Source: Nitrospirota bacterium (GTDB lineage: Bacteria; Nitrospirota; Thermodesulfovibrionia; Thermodesulfovibrionales; UBA1546). Taken from it: a DNA stretch of 58,978 nt. The notes under the pieces are model-generated. The model was not told the origin of the DNA. It worked only from the letters and a program-made list of their open reading frames with translations, and searched no databases. This document shows positions 8,244 to 17,241 of this stretch, piece after piece. Positions within the stretch are counted from its first letter, which is position 1. Each line of letters opens with the position of its first letter. The position numbers were made by a program, and so were the translations under genes. Location: contig JAPLLK010000064.1 of assembly GCA_026387575.1 (NCBI GenBank), forward strand, positions 1-58,978, in the 5' to 3' direction.

Positions 8244-9537
8244 GAAGTTTGAACGTATATGTATTCCAGTTATTGCAGCTCGGGCACCTGCCGGACCAGT
8301 CCTGTGATAAATAGCCGCAGGCTGAACACCAGTAAGGAAGCCGGAATGCTATTTTCATGTCCACAGCTTTTTTGAATTCCACCGCTGCCTTGTCGCATTG
8401 ATTGCGCCTGAGATAGAGGTCACCCATTATCTGGTAAAGTTCAGGGGACGCCATCCCGCTTGCATCAACGTAAGAAAATGTTTCAAATGCATCATCTATC
8501 ATCTCAAGCCTGTAATACAGCTTCCCAAGCAGAAATCTCAGCGCATGGTTCTGGGGCTTCTTTGACAGGCTGTTTCCATAAAGCCTTATGAGCCTTGCAG
8601 GTTCTCCGATGTTTATAAGCAAATCTTCAAGCCTTGCAAGAATTATCAAGGACGATGTCTGATCATAGCTCTTTTCAAGAAAGTCAACGGCATCTTCTGA
8701 CTCGCCTTCCCTGAGCATTACCTCGGCAAGTCCGATGTATGCCGGCACAAAATCTACATCCAGCCTGAGCAGTGTCCTAAACAGTTTCTTTGCCTTTTCA
8801 ATATCCCCGCGTTCAAGACTATAACGGCCGTATTCATACTTATACCCAAGGAGGTTCATCTGCTCCCTCTGCCGGTCCTTTTCTGTATGCTCATGTTTCA
8901 GTATCGTCTTCTGCACATCAACAAGCTCGTCCCATTTTTCATCCCTTTCGAGAATAGCCCTCTTTTTGTAGAGAGCGCTTAGGTTGTCAGTATCTATGTC
9001 AAGGATTTTCTCTATGTAATTCAGCGCCTCTGCCCACCTTCCTGTTTTTTCCATCAGGGTTTCAAGCGAGAACAGCACCTCGGGGTTCTGCTGGTTGGAA
9101 GCAAATGCCTTGTTATAGAAGTTCATTGCCTTCTGATAGTCTTCTTCCGAAGATGCGATGTCGCCGAGCCTGAGCAGCGCGTCAAGATGTTTCGGCTCTT
9201 CTGCAAGGATGCTTTCAAGCGATTCCTTTGCTTCATCCTCATTATGAGCAAGAAGCGCATTCAGCGCCTTTGAATACATCTCCTGAACCCTTGCCTCTTT
9301 TTTCTGCCTGCGCTGATACTGAAGATTATCTATAAAGCGTTTTGTGTCTCTTATAGTAAAGACAACGAGCATCGCAAGCGCTCCTGCGACACATGAAAAG
9401 AGTATCAGGGCTATCTTAGGAGTCTCATATGCGTCACCAAAAGGTATTTTGATTGTTGTTATTTCCTGATTGACATATGCAAAACCCCCAAGCCCTGCAA
9501 GAAAAAGAATGAATATAAATATTGCGATCTTCCCCAT
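8224..9537 (-). CDS. LapB-like TPR protein with N-terminal LapA-like membrane domain
   Basis: Two N-terminal TM segments, TPR repeats and C-terminal rubredoxin-type CSAC...WSGRCPSCNNW. Confidence 0.75.
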   Translation of the reverse strand: MGKIAIFIFILFLAGLGGFAYVNQEITTIKIPFGDAYETPKIALILFSCVAGALAMLVVFTIRDTKRFIDNLQYQRRQKKEARVQEMYSKALNALLAHNEDEAKESLESILAEEPKHLDALLRLGDIASSEEDYQKAMNFYNKAFASNQQNPEVLFSLETLMEKTGRWAEALNYIEKILDIDTDNLSALYKKRAILERDEKWDELVDVQKTILKHEHTEKDRQREQMNLLGYKYEYGRYSLERGDIEKAKKLFRTLLRLDVDFVPAYIGLAEVMLREGESEDAVDFLEKSYDQTSSLIILARLEDLLINIGEPARLIRLYGNSLSKKPQNHALRFLLGKLYYRLEMIDDAFETFSYVDASGMASPELYQIMGDLYLRRNQCDKAAVEFKKAVDMKIAFRLPYWCSACGYLSQDWSGRCPSCNNWNTYTFKLHGAGKI

Positions 9538-9539
9538 TG

Positions 9540-9899
9540 TCAGTTATGACCCTTTCCTTCTACAGGTATCCTCGGCGCATCAAGCCAGAGTTTTTCAAGT
9601 TGATAGTATGCCCTTGTTTCTTCTTCAAACACATGAATAATGATATCTCCGTAGTCCATTAACACCCAGTGGCTGTAATTCAGCCCTTCAATTCCGACAG
9701 GACGAATGCCTTTTTTTGAAAAGTTCTCTTCTATTGCCTCAGCAATTGCCCTGACATGTGTTGTGCTTTCTCCTGAGCAGATAATGAAAAAATCTGCAAT
9801 CACAGATAAGCCTTTCAGCTCGAGGACAAGCACACCCACGGCTTTCTTATCCATTGCTATCTTCGCTGCTGCAAGGGCTTTGGCTTTACTTTTTATTAA
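9540..9899 (-). CDS. rsfS: Ribosome silencing factor RsfS (start codon uncertain, see findings)
   Basis: ADFFIICSG, WVLMDYGDIIIHVF and YYQLEKLW; lies downstream of nadD. Confidence 0.93.
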   Translation of the reverse strand, partial: LIKSKAKALAAAKIAMDKKAVGVLVLELKGLSVIADFFIICSGESTTHVRAIAEAIEENFSKKGIRPVGIEGLNYSHWVLMDYGDIIIHVFEEETRAYYQLEKLWLDAPRIPVEGKGHN

Positions 9900-9924
9900 A
9901 GGATTATCCTCCTTTCACAATTAA

Positions 9925-9990
9925 GGTTAGAAGTGGAAAGTTAGAAGTTCTAAATCTGAAATCCTTAACTTTCAACTTTTAACTTTATAA
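9925..9990. repeat. Degenerate heptamer tandem repeats in inverted arrangement
   Basis: GTTAGAA-GTGGAAA-GTTAGAA-GTTCTAA followed by AACTTTC-AACTTTT-AACTTTA. Confidence 0.55.
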
Positions 9991-10634
9991 ATCTTATGAG
10001 TAATTATATAGGATTCAACTTCTTCTGGCAATAGGTATTTTATACTTTTTCTGCGCTTTATCAGCTTTCTGATGCCGGTTGCTGATATCTCAACAGGCGT
10101 GATATGCATCATTATTATATCCCTGCCGTTCTTTAGCCTTGTTTTATAGGTTTGAAGCTTTGCATTATCAAGCTTTTTAAGGATATTTTTGTTTATCTTC
10201 AGATATGGTGAAGAGGCAAGTCCTGTGAATTTAAAAGCCGGCCTTGAGACCACTATAAAATCTGCAAGGCTGACGAGCTTATCGGGCTGCCACCAGTTAG
10301 GGATGTCAATAAAAGCATCAATGCCGGCTATAAAATAAAGCCTTGCCCCGGGATAAATGCGGCGCAGTTTTTCAAGAGTGTCTACGGAATAAGATTTATC
10401 CTTCTTTTTGTATTCAATATCAGAAACAGCAAAGGAGCGGTTTTTAGATATGCCAAGCCGCACCATCCTGTACCTGTGTTTTGCGTCTGCAAGCTCTGTG
10501 TCCTTGAGCGGAGGATTGCCTGACGGCACAAAGATAATCTTATTGAGTCCGAGTTTTTCCTTCACCTCTTCTGCGGCTGTGAGATGCCCGTAGTGGATTG
10601 GGTTAAAGGTCCCGCCGAATATGCCGAGTTTCAT
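9972..10634 (-). CDS. nadD: Nicotinate-nucleotide adenylyltransferase
   Basis: GIFGGTFNPIHYGH and ISATGIR. Confidence 0.96.
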   Translation of the reverse strand: MKLGIFGGTFNPIHYGHLTAAEEVKEKLGLNKIIFVPSGNPPLKDTELADAKHRYRMVRLGISKNRSFAVSDIEYKKKDKSYSVDTLEKLRRIYPGARLYFIAGIDAFIDIPNWWQPDKLVSLADFIVVSRPAFKFTGLASSPYLKINKNILKKLDNAKLQTYKTRLKNGRDIIMMHITPVEISATGIRKLIKRRKSIKYLLPEEVESYIITHKIYKVKS

Positions 10635-10832
10635 ATCTTGATTCTGCTCCGAAATAAGATTTTCAGTTACATTATTATGTGCGGGAGTGTATTGTCAAGA
10701 AATTGTTGATTCTCTCAGCCTTTAAATACCCTTCCTGCTCCAGAAGTTTTTTAGGGTAAAGTGCGCTTCCCCACCTTCCGCGCTATGGGACTATTGAACT
10801 TTATAAGATTGAGAGGATAGGCTGCTTTTTAT

Positions 10833-13637
10833 TTAGGAAGCCTTTTGCAAAATCATCTCAAGGTCATTGGGATCAAATGAAACTGCAAGGCTCCATTCGC
10901 CGAAACCGCCGTGCTGATTTACAGCCCTGCACCATTCATCTAAAAATACTCTTTTGGTTTTGTCCTGTTCGCTATCCTGCCCTTTGGTTTCAAGAATGAG
11001 ATGTTCGCCATTCTTTAACTTTATGATGAAATCGGGGAAATATCTTCTGATTACCCCTTGATAGTTGTAAAGAACAGTAAACCCTAAATGGTCATTCTTG
11101 ACGAATGATTCAACCGCCGCATTTTCGCTGATTGTTTTTGCTTCGAGATATTCCCATTTGCTGTCAACAACGGTGAAGTTGATGTGTGAATTTCCAAAAC
11201 TCTCACAGGGCTTGCTTGTCCACCATGTTCTAACGTCACTAGTTGAACGAATGGGGTGTTCCTTGTCAAATACCGGAGTGAGTTGCGTTGTGTTGTCTGC
11301 ACGAATTTCATTCCAGATGTGCTGAATGACCTTGTTCATATTCAGCATAATGAGTATCCGCTTGCGGACTTCATCCTGATTGAACAATGGATTCTTAATC
11401 TGGATTTTCTCCGAGTAAATAAACTGCTCAATGATACCGATTAACTGGATGAGAAATGTTTCCTTACTGCCTTTCCAGTCAGGTTTTTTCTCTGAATTGT
11501 AAATCGTTGATGCTATTCTGAAGATGATTGACTGCAAGCGAAATTTCTCTCCAATCTCTTTTAAATCAATCTCCGTCAATGCAGCTGGATTCGGTTTCCC
11601 GGCAATGATGGCGGCCAACTCAGCTTCTGTTATTGAGTCGTATGGGTTAATATCAAGCGGTTTTACATTCGATAGGTTGATCGTAAGCTGTGGTTTATAA
11701 ACATGATCAATTCGCAGAATGTTTGGGAACGAAATTTCATGTTCTACTTTTTCTTTAACTGGTTCAATCTTGGTTTTTGGTAGCGGCGGCGGAGGCGGAG
11801 GGCCGTCTGTTCCGCCTTCATGCGGCAGGAATGTAAATGGCACTCCGAAAATATTTACATACTCCGGTTCAAACAAGCCCGTTTCTTTGTTGACATCATA
11901 TTCTGTCCTTCTCAGGCCGCGTCCGACTACCTGCTCACATAACAACTGGCTGCTGAAAGCCCGTAAGCCCATTATGTGTGTAACAGTTTTTGCATCCCAT
12001 CCTTCGCTAAGCATACCTACGGAAATCACATTCTGAATCTGCTCACCTGGTTCACCAATCCGCCCAACCGTATTAACTGTGCATCTTATTAACTCTGCCT
12101 GTTGTTTCTTGGTAAGCTTCTTCTCTTTAGGCTCATCATTTTCATCGTCTGCTTCTTCTCCAGAAATATCAACTTCTTCTGTTTCTGCTTCGGCCTTTTC
12201 TAATATGCTGCTGTCAATTTGCAAAGTCCTTTGCGGATTGCACAAATCACCTAACCCTGCAACAGAAAGCAAAAATGAATCTCGATCAAAAGAGGTTTTT
12301 ATCCGTCCCGATGTATAAGTAGTGTTTGCAACGGTAATCATCACCGGCGGAATTTTATGTCTGGCCTTCTCCCAATCGTCTTTAGTGGCTTGCCAGTCCT
12401 TGCCCAAAAGCAGATAGGCATTTTTTATGAGGTCGGGAAGCGGGGCGCTGTCTTCAGCCTTTCGGTTGATGTCATCTTTCACAGTCTCATCCATGTAAAT
12501 GTGATACAAACGAGAACGCAGGTTATTATCCACGTTTCCATCATCACGGATGACCACCCTTGGCGTTTTTACCAATCCTGACTCAATCGCATCGTTCAAG
12601 CCGAAATCGCTGACTATCCATGAAAACAAGGCTTCTTCAGTCGCTTTTTTGCCGGAAGGCGCAAACGGAGTTGCCGATAAATCAAAGCAACGTATGATGC
12701 CCCTTGCCCTATGAACTCTGTCTAAACCGCCTACCCAAACAGTGCTTTCTTCAATGTCCTCTTTTTTTACGCCTCTTATCTTGCTCTCAGCCGGAACACG
12801 CCATGCATGGTGTGCTTCATCATTTATCACAATAAGGTTTGTTGCCGATGCCATGTCGCTTAAAACCTCACGCACATAAGCTTCGTCACTCTTTGAGCCG
12901 CGCTTGTCAACGGTTTTTTTCTTCCCTATCTTTTCTTCAGTGTCCCAAGCTAATGTATGCCAGTTAATGATTTTTATCTTGCCCTGCCGCAAAGTTTCCA
13001 TCAATCCCGAGGGCACAACATTAAATTCTTCGTAGTAATTTTCTTTGTCGAAAGGATTGAGAACTGACAAGCGGCTGCGAACGGTTAAGCCAGGAGCAAC
13101 AACCAACACATTTTTTGAGAACCGGATATCTTTGCTGTTGGTAACCTTGTTAAGCACTTGCCATGCAATGAGCATACTCATCACAATGGTCTTGCCTGAA
13201 CCCGTCGCCATCTTGCTGCACCAGCGACTGAAATCTCCGCCATCTCCTGGAATTTGGATTCCTGTTCTGTCTGCGTCCGGTGCCTCGGTTAGCCATATTA
13301 AGGTTTCAATCGCTTCCAGCTGGCAAAAGAAAAAGCGTTTGTCCTTTCTTTCTTCGGGGTCTTGCCAATGCTGCAATAATCTCTTGGTGATACCTGTAAC
13401 GCCAGAATAACCCTGTTCTCTCCACTTCACTATGCGCGGGCGGATGGTATTGACCAATTCTATTTCAATGAAAATACCGGGGTCGTCAAAAGCCCTTGAA
13501 CTCTCAGAAGCGACAATATAGCCAGCCGGTCTACGGCCACTCTGCAAAACAAATTCCCTTGTATCACGGAGATATTCCCAATACTGCCGAGGTTCTTCGT
13601 AAGGCGAGTTAATGATAAGCTTGTCTATCTTCTTCAT
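10833..13637 (-). CDS. Type III restriction-like helicase/endonuclease (Res; BPTD_3080-like)
   Basis: KMATGSGKT, NDEAHH, SAT, LSEGWD, EQVVGRGLRR and C-terminal YFPDF...LETKG (PD-(D/E)xK). Confidence 0.9.
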   Translation of the reverse strand: MKKIDKLIINSPYEEPRQYWEYLRDTREFVLQSGRRPAGYIVASESSRAFDDPGIFIEIELVNTIRPRIVKWREQGYSGVTGITKRLLQHWQDPEERKDKRFFFCQLEAIETLIWLTEAPDADRTGIQIPGDGGDFSRWCSKMATGSGKTIVMSMLIAWQVLNKVTNSKDIRFSKNVLVVAPGLTVRSRLSVLNPFDKENYYEEFNVVPSGLMETLRQGKIKIINWHTLAWDTEEKIGKKKTVDKRGSKSDEAYVREVLSDMASATNLIVINDEAHHAWRVPAESKIRGVKKEDIEESTVWVGGLDRVHRARGIIRCFDLSATPFAPSGKKATEEALFSWIVSDFGLNDAIESGLVKTPRVVIRDDGNVDNNLRSRLYHIYMDETVKDDINRKAEDSAPLPDLIKNAYLLLGKDWQATKDDWEKARHKIPPVMITVANTTYTSGRIKTSFDRDSFLLSVAGLGDLCNPQRTLQIDSSILEKAEAETEEVDISGEEADDENDEPKEKKLTKKQQAELIRCTVNTVGRIGEPGEQIQNVISVGMLSEGWDAKTVTHIMGLRAFSSQLLCEQVVGRGLRRTEYDVNKETGLFEPEYVNIFGVPFTFLPHEGGTDGPPPPPPLPKTKIEPVKEKVEHEISFPNILRIDHVYKPQLTINLSNVKPLDINPYDSITEAELAAIIAGKPNPAALTEIDLKEIGEKFRLQSIIFRIASTIYNSEKKPDWKGSKETFLIQLIGIIEQFIYSEKIQIKNPLFNQDEVRKRILIMLNMNKVIQHIWNEIRADNTTQLTPVFDKEHPIRSTSDVRTWWTSKPCESFGNSHINFTVVDSKWEYLEAKTISENAAVESFVKNDHLGFTVLYNYQGVIRRYFPDFIIKLKNGEHLILETKGQDSEQDKTKRVFLDEWCRAVNQHGGFGEWSLAVSFDPNDLEMILQKAS

Positions 13638-13642
13638 GTGCC

Positions 13643-16168
13643 TTATAAGCGGATAATCTTTAAACTCTCGATGCCCCGCGCATCAATGATCTTCACGGCT
13701 ACGACCTTGCCTGGTGTAAATGGCAGTGATGTTGTGCCGCCGAATACCTGTATCTTGTCCTCGTCAATTTCCGCTTTAAGATTTTTCGCCAGCGTCGACC
13801 ACCCTTCTTTTGCTCCTGCCATTGGAAAGAATACCTGTGAAGGGAACAAACTCCTTCCGTCATAGTCATGATCCAGCATCCACATGGCAATGTCGCCTTT
13901 GCCGCCGCTTTCAACTGTTCCTGTTTTCGGATTGTAGTAATCAAAGCCCTGCACTTCCACCTGATATTTGCCTTTGTTTTCTTTGCTTTTTAATTCACGT
14001 ATTAATACATCAGGCTGACCGATAAGCCAAAAGCTTTCATTGCTGCTCCGTTTCTTTTTCAAATCATCGGTGAACAGGTCGGCGTTCATCTGCGCTTTGA
14101 GAAAGACCGTCCTGGTGATCTCAGGATTCATCTCGTCAATGTCTTTTGCGGCCTCTTCGTCAAACTGCAAGGCGCAGAACAGGAGAATATCGGGCTTGTA
14201 AGGCTTCACTTCCTCCCATGCTAACTCAACCGTTCTTTGCTCTAACGGTGCGTGTTCTGGGCCAAATACAACATATACTTTTTTAGGCTTCGCTTCTTTT
14301 GTTTCAGCCTCTGCCTGAACATATCTTAATCCTCTCGCCGTTTCTACCCGTGTAAATTCAATCAACTTGCCGCCTTTGGCTCTCACGCCTGCGCGGAGCA
14401 ATTCATCTTTCCACTCACTTTGACGCAATGTTTCGCCGCTCCGTGCAACTGATGTATTTGTAGTTATATTCCCCTCTTGAGAGGGGGCAGGTGTATGTTC
14501 TTCTTCCAATGATCTTGCCACTGGCGCGGGAACAGCTTCAACAGTGAAAGGACCAGTAACTCGTTGTCTTTTATTGTCAATAAAAGGTTGGTCATACAGA
14601 GTTTCCTGTCCTGGAGGCTCATTGTTGGCAATACTTTTGAGGGTAATATGTGGAACTGTCTTGTATTTAAACCCGCTGCCTACACCTTCATGCTGATGTG
14701 CCAGTTCATAATAATCAAACACAGCCGTCATTAATCGCTGTTTTGCAAGCGTAATAGATACTCTCGATGTATCGCAAGTGATCCATCTTCTGCCCCAGTT
14801 CTCAGCTGCGAATGCCGTAGTACCGCTGCCACAAGTAATATCTATAACAAGGTCGCCGGGGTCTGTGGCCATGAGAAGACAGCGTTGAATAACTCTCGAA
14901 TACGTCTGAACTGCATAGATTTTTTTCTCAGCAAAAGTTGATGGTACAGTATCAGTCCAAATATTATTATAATGTCCGAATGGAAAATCAGTGACATATC
15001 TTTTATACTTCAACCAATTACCTACCTGAATAAATCTATCCCTCTTTCTTAAGTTTACTAACCCATCATATCCAGTTTTCCAATGATAATTGTTGTCTGG
15101 CTTGTAACTTTTTTCGTTAAACTCTATTTCCACAACCTCGTTAGATCCCCCAGGCGAAAGAAGATTATCATGAAAAAAACATTTATCTTTAGCAAATTCT
15201 TTAATTGACTTTATTTGTTTCAGTTCACCATTTGCATCTTCAATACAGTTGTACTTTTCGAACAACTCAATATCCGATAATTCCCGAAACAAAGGTCTAA
15301 ATTTCTCCTTTTCAAATCTTTCTTTATTCTTGGCAAAGACAAGTAGGTAATCAGCTACATTGTCAACACTTAAGGAGCCTCGATAATAAATCTTTTGAAA
15401 GGTGATTTGAGATATGAAATTTTCTTTTCCAAATACTTCATCTAATAAATTCCTAATTAAATGAATATTTTCATCACTAATTTGTAGAAAAATACAGCCA
15501 TTATCTTTTAATAATTCTTTCGATAATATGAGACGGTCTCTTATATAACTTAAAAAACTGTGTATGCCCAATTCCCAAGTATCACGAAATGCTTTAATCA
15601 TCTCCGGCTCGGCGGTCAGGTCTTCGTCTTTACCATCTTTTACATCCCGCTTGTTCACAAACGGCTGAAAGTTGCTGCCGTATTTAATCCCATAAGGCGG
15701 GTCAAAATAGATCATCTGAACCTTGCCACCCATGCCTTCTTTTTCTATCAGCGAGTTCATCACCAATAGACTGTCACCGGCAATAAGACGGTTGCTCCAG
15801 TTCTCTTTGTGCTTATAAAACTCTATGGCTTCACGGAGGGGTTTCTTATCCGCTTCAAATAATGAAGGCTGGCTGTCAGCCTCCTTTTCTTTCCTAACAT
15901 TTTCAATAATCCTGCGCGGGTCTATGCGCTCATGCACATGCAGGCTTACGGTAGGAACTTCAAAGCTGGTATGCTCGGCTTTGCCAGCCCATTGCAGTTG
16001 AGGGTCAAGGTGCGGGTCGTAAGCGTATTTCTTTTTTTTCAGGTCGCCATTGTCGGTGTGAGCGTCAACCAATCCCACAGGTGGGTTGTTCAGCCGCTGT
16101 TTGTCTTTGTGCTCGTATTGCTCAATAGGTTTTTGTTTATTAGTTGTTTCTTTCTTTTTGCGTGCCAT
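13643..16168 (-). CDS. Type III-like N6-adenine DNA methyltransferase (Mod)
   Basis: DPPY precedes the SAM-binding motif DITCGSGTT (beta class); 5 nt from Res. Confidence 0.92.
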   Translation of the reverse strand: MARKKKETTNKQKPIEQYEHKDKQRLNNPPVGLVDAHTDNGDLKKKKYAYDPHLDPQLQWAGKAEHTSFEVPTVSLHVHERIDPRRIIENVRKEKEADSQPSLFEADKKPLREAIEFYKHKENWSNRLIAGDSLLVMNSLIEKEGMGGKVQMIYFDPPYGIKYGSNFQPFVNKRDVKDGKDEDLTAEPEMIKAFRDTWELGIHSFLSYIRDRLILSKELLKDNGCIFLQISDENIHLIRNLLDEVFGKENFISQITFQKIYYRGSLSVDNVADYLLVFAKNKERFEKEKFRPLFRELSDIELFEKYNCIEDANGELKQIKSIKEFAKDKCFFHDNLLSPGGSNEVVEIEFNEKSYKPDNNYHWKTGYDGLVNLRKRDRFIQVGNWLKYKRYVTDFPFGHYNNIWTDTVPSTFAEKKIYAVQTYSRVIQRCLLMATDPGDLVIDITCGSGTTAFAAENWGRRWITCDTSRVSITLAKQRLMTAVFDYYELAHQHEGVGSGFKYKTVPHITLKSIANNEPPGQETLYDQPFIDNKRQRVTGPFTVEAVPAPVARSLEEEHTPAPSQEGNITTNTSVARSGETLRQSEWKDELLRAGVRAKGGKLIEFTRVETARGLRYVQAEAETKEAKPKKVYVVFGPEHAPLEQRTVELAWEEVKPYKPDILLFCALQFDEEAAKDIDEMNPEITRTVFLKAQMNADLFTDDLKKKRSSNESFWLIGQPDVLIRELKSKENKGKYQVEVQGFDYYNPKTGTVESGGKGDIAMWMLDHDYDGRSLFPSQVFFPMAGAKEGWSTLAKNLKAEIDEDKIQVFGGTTSLPFTPGKVVAVKIIDARGIESLKIIRL

Positions 16169-16354
16169 GTTATTCCATTAAACTGACTCCGCCCTCAGTT
16201 GTTTATCTATTTTTGGAGTAGAAAGACTGCCCTGTATCAACATATTATGTTGAATTATCTACATTAAATATAGACTATGTCAATTAAAATCATTATTTGA
16301 GGTAGTTTTAATAAAGCCTTCCGGCAAGCGATTATTAACTGTTCTGGAGGATTT

Positions 16355-16675
16355 ATGAGGACTACTAAGAAATTGCTTGGCGAAAGAATTAAGGAATTAA
16401 GGAAATCAAGAAAGCTGTCTCAGGACAGGCTCTCTGAACAAGTTGATATAGACCCAAAACATCTGAGCCGTATAGAAGTAGGGAATAGCTATCCGTCCCT
16501 CAATACTCTTGAGAAAATAGCTATAGCTTTAAATGTAGAAATAAAAGAGTTCTTTGAGTTTGAACATCTTAGTGGTCAAAAGGAATTGATTAATAATGCC
16601 ATCAAATTGCTTAGAGAGAGTGACAAGGAGAGAGTCAAACTTATTTCAAAAGTTATTAAGGCAATAGTTACTTAG
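16355..16675 (+). CDS. XRE-family helix-turn-helix regulator
   Basis: LGERIKELRKSRKLSQDRLSEQVDIDPKHLSRIEVGNSYPSLNTL; GGAGG RBS. Confidence 0.88.
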   Translation: MRTTKKLLGERIKELRKSRKLSQDRLSEQVDIDPKHLSRIEVGNSYPSLNTLEKIAIALNVEIKEFFEFEHLSGQKELINNAIKLLRESDKERVKLISKVIKAIVT

Positions 16676-16719
16676 AACTTTCACTGGGCACATCCTCTGC
16701 TAGCAGTATGGCAGTATAT

Positions 16720-17241
16720 TCAATAATATCTCTGTTCCGGTTTTATGCCGATTGATTCAAGCCATTCTGTTATTGTCTTTTTCATTGCGCCTGCATTCAG
16801 CGCAAACCATTTCTTTCTGTGCTCAGGAAAAGTGGAAAGCGTCTTTTTGAACCTGCTGAATGAGTCGTGGCTGTTGAGAGCGGCTGAGAGTTCATCGTGC
16901 GGCCTGAGTTCATCAATCTCCTCTGTAAATCTTTTCATGAGGCTGTATGCCTCCTGAGACTTGCGCTCCGGGATTCTGACATATCTTTGCTTTTCAGAGA
17001 ATATTCTTATTGCAAGCTCCACTTCATCTTCAATCCACTCAGGCATGTCATACACTTCGAGCAAGGATTCATCAATCAGTTCATCGCCTTTGTAAAGACT
17101 GCCCTTTGCTCCTTCAAGCGCATCTACTGAGATTGTTTTAATCTCTCCTGTCTCAAGGTCAAGAAAGTAGTCAAATGCATCCCTTGAGACATCTTCCATT
17201 GCCTTCTGAATTTCATTGAAATCTATCTTTAAAAGCTTCAC
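16720..17241 (-). CDS. UPF0158-family protein
   Basis: FLDLETGEI, YVRIP, FSRFKKTL...RKKWF...EWLESIGI. Confidence 0.75.
   Translation of the reverse strand: MKLLKIDFNEIQKAMEDVSRDAFDYFLDLETGEIKTISVDALEGAKGSLYKGDELIDESLLEVYDMPEWIEDEVELAIRIFSEKQRYVRIPERKSQEAYSLMKRFTEEIDELRPHDELSAALNSHDSFSRFKKTLSTFPEHRKKWFALNAGAMKKTITEWLESIGIKPEQRYY

Noticed and set aside
10690-10790. Possible gene fragment (…WGSALYPKKLLEQEGYLK…) between res and nadD
   Set aside because: It is too short, and I cannot assign it to any family.
16262-16290. C-box operator (GACTATGTC) upstream of the XRE gene
   Set aside because: It is a single short imperfect palindrome, not the paired consensus, and could be chance.
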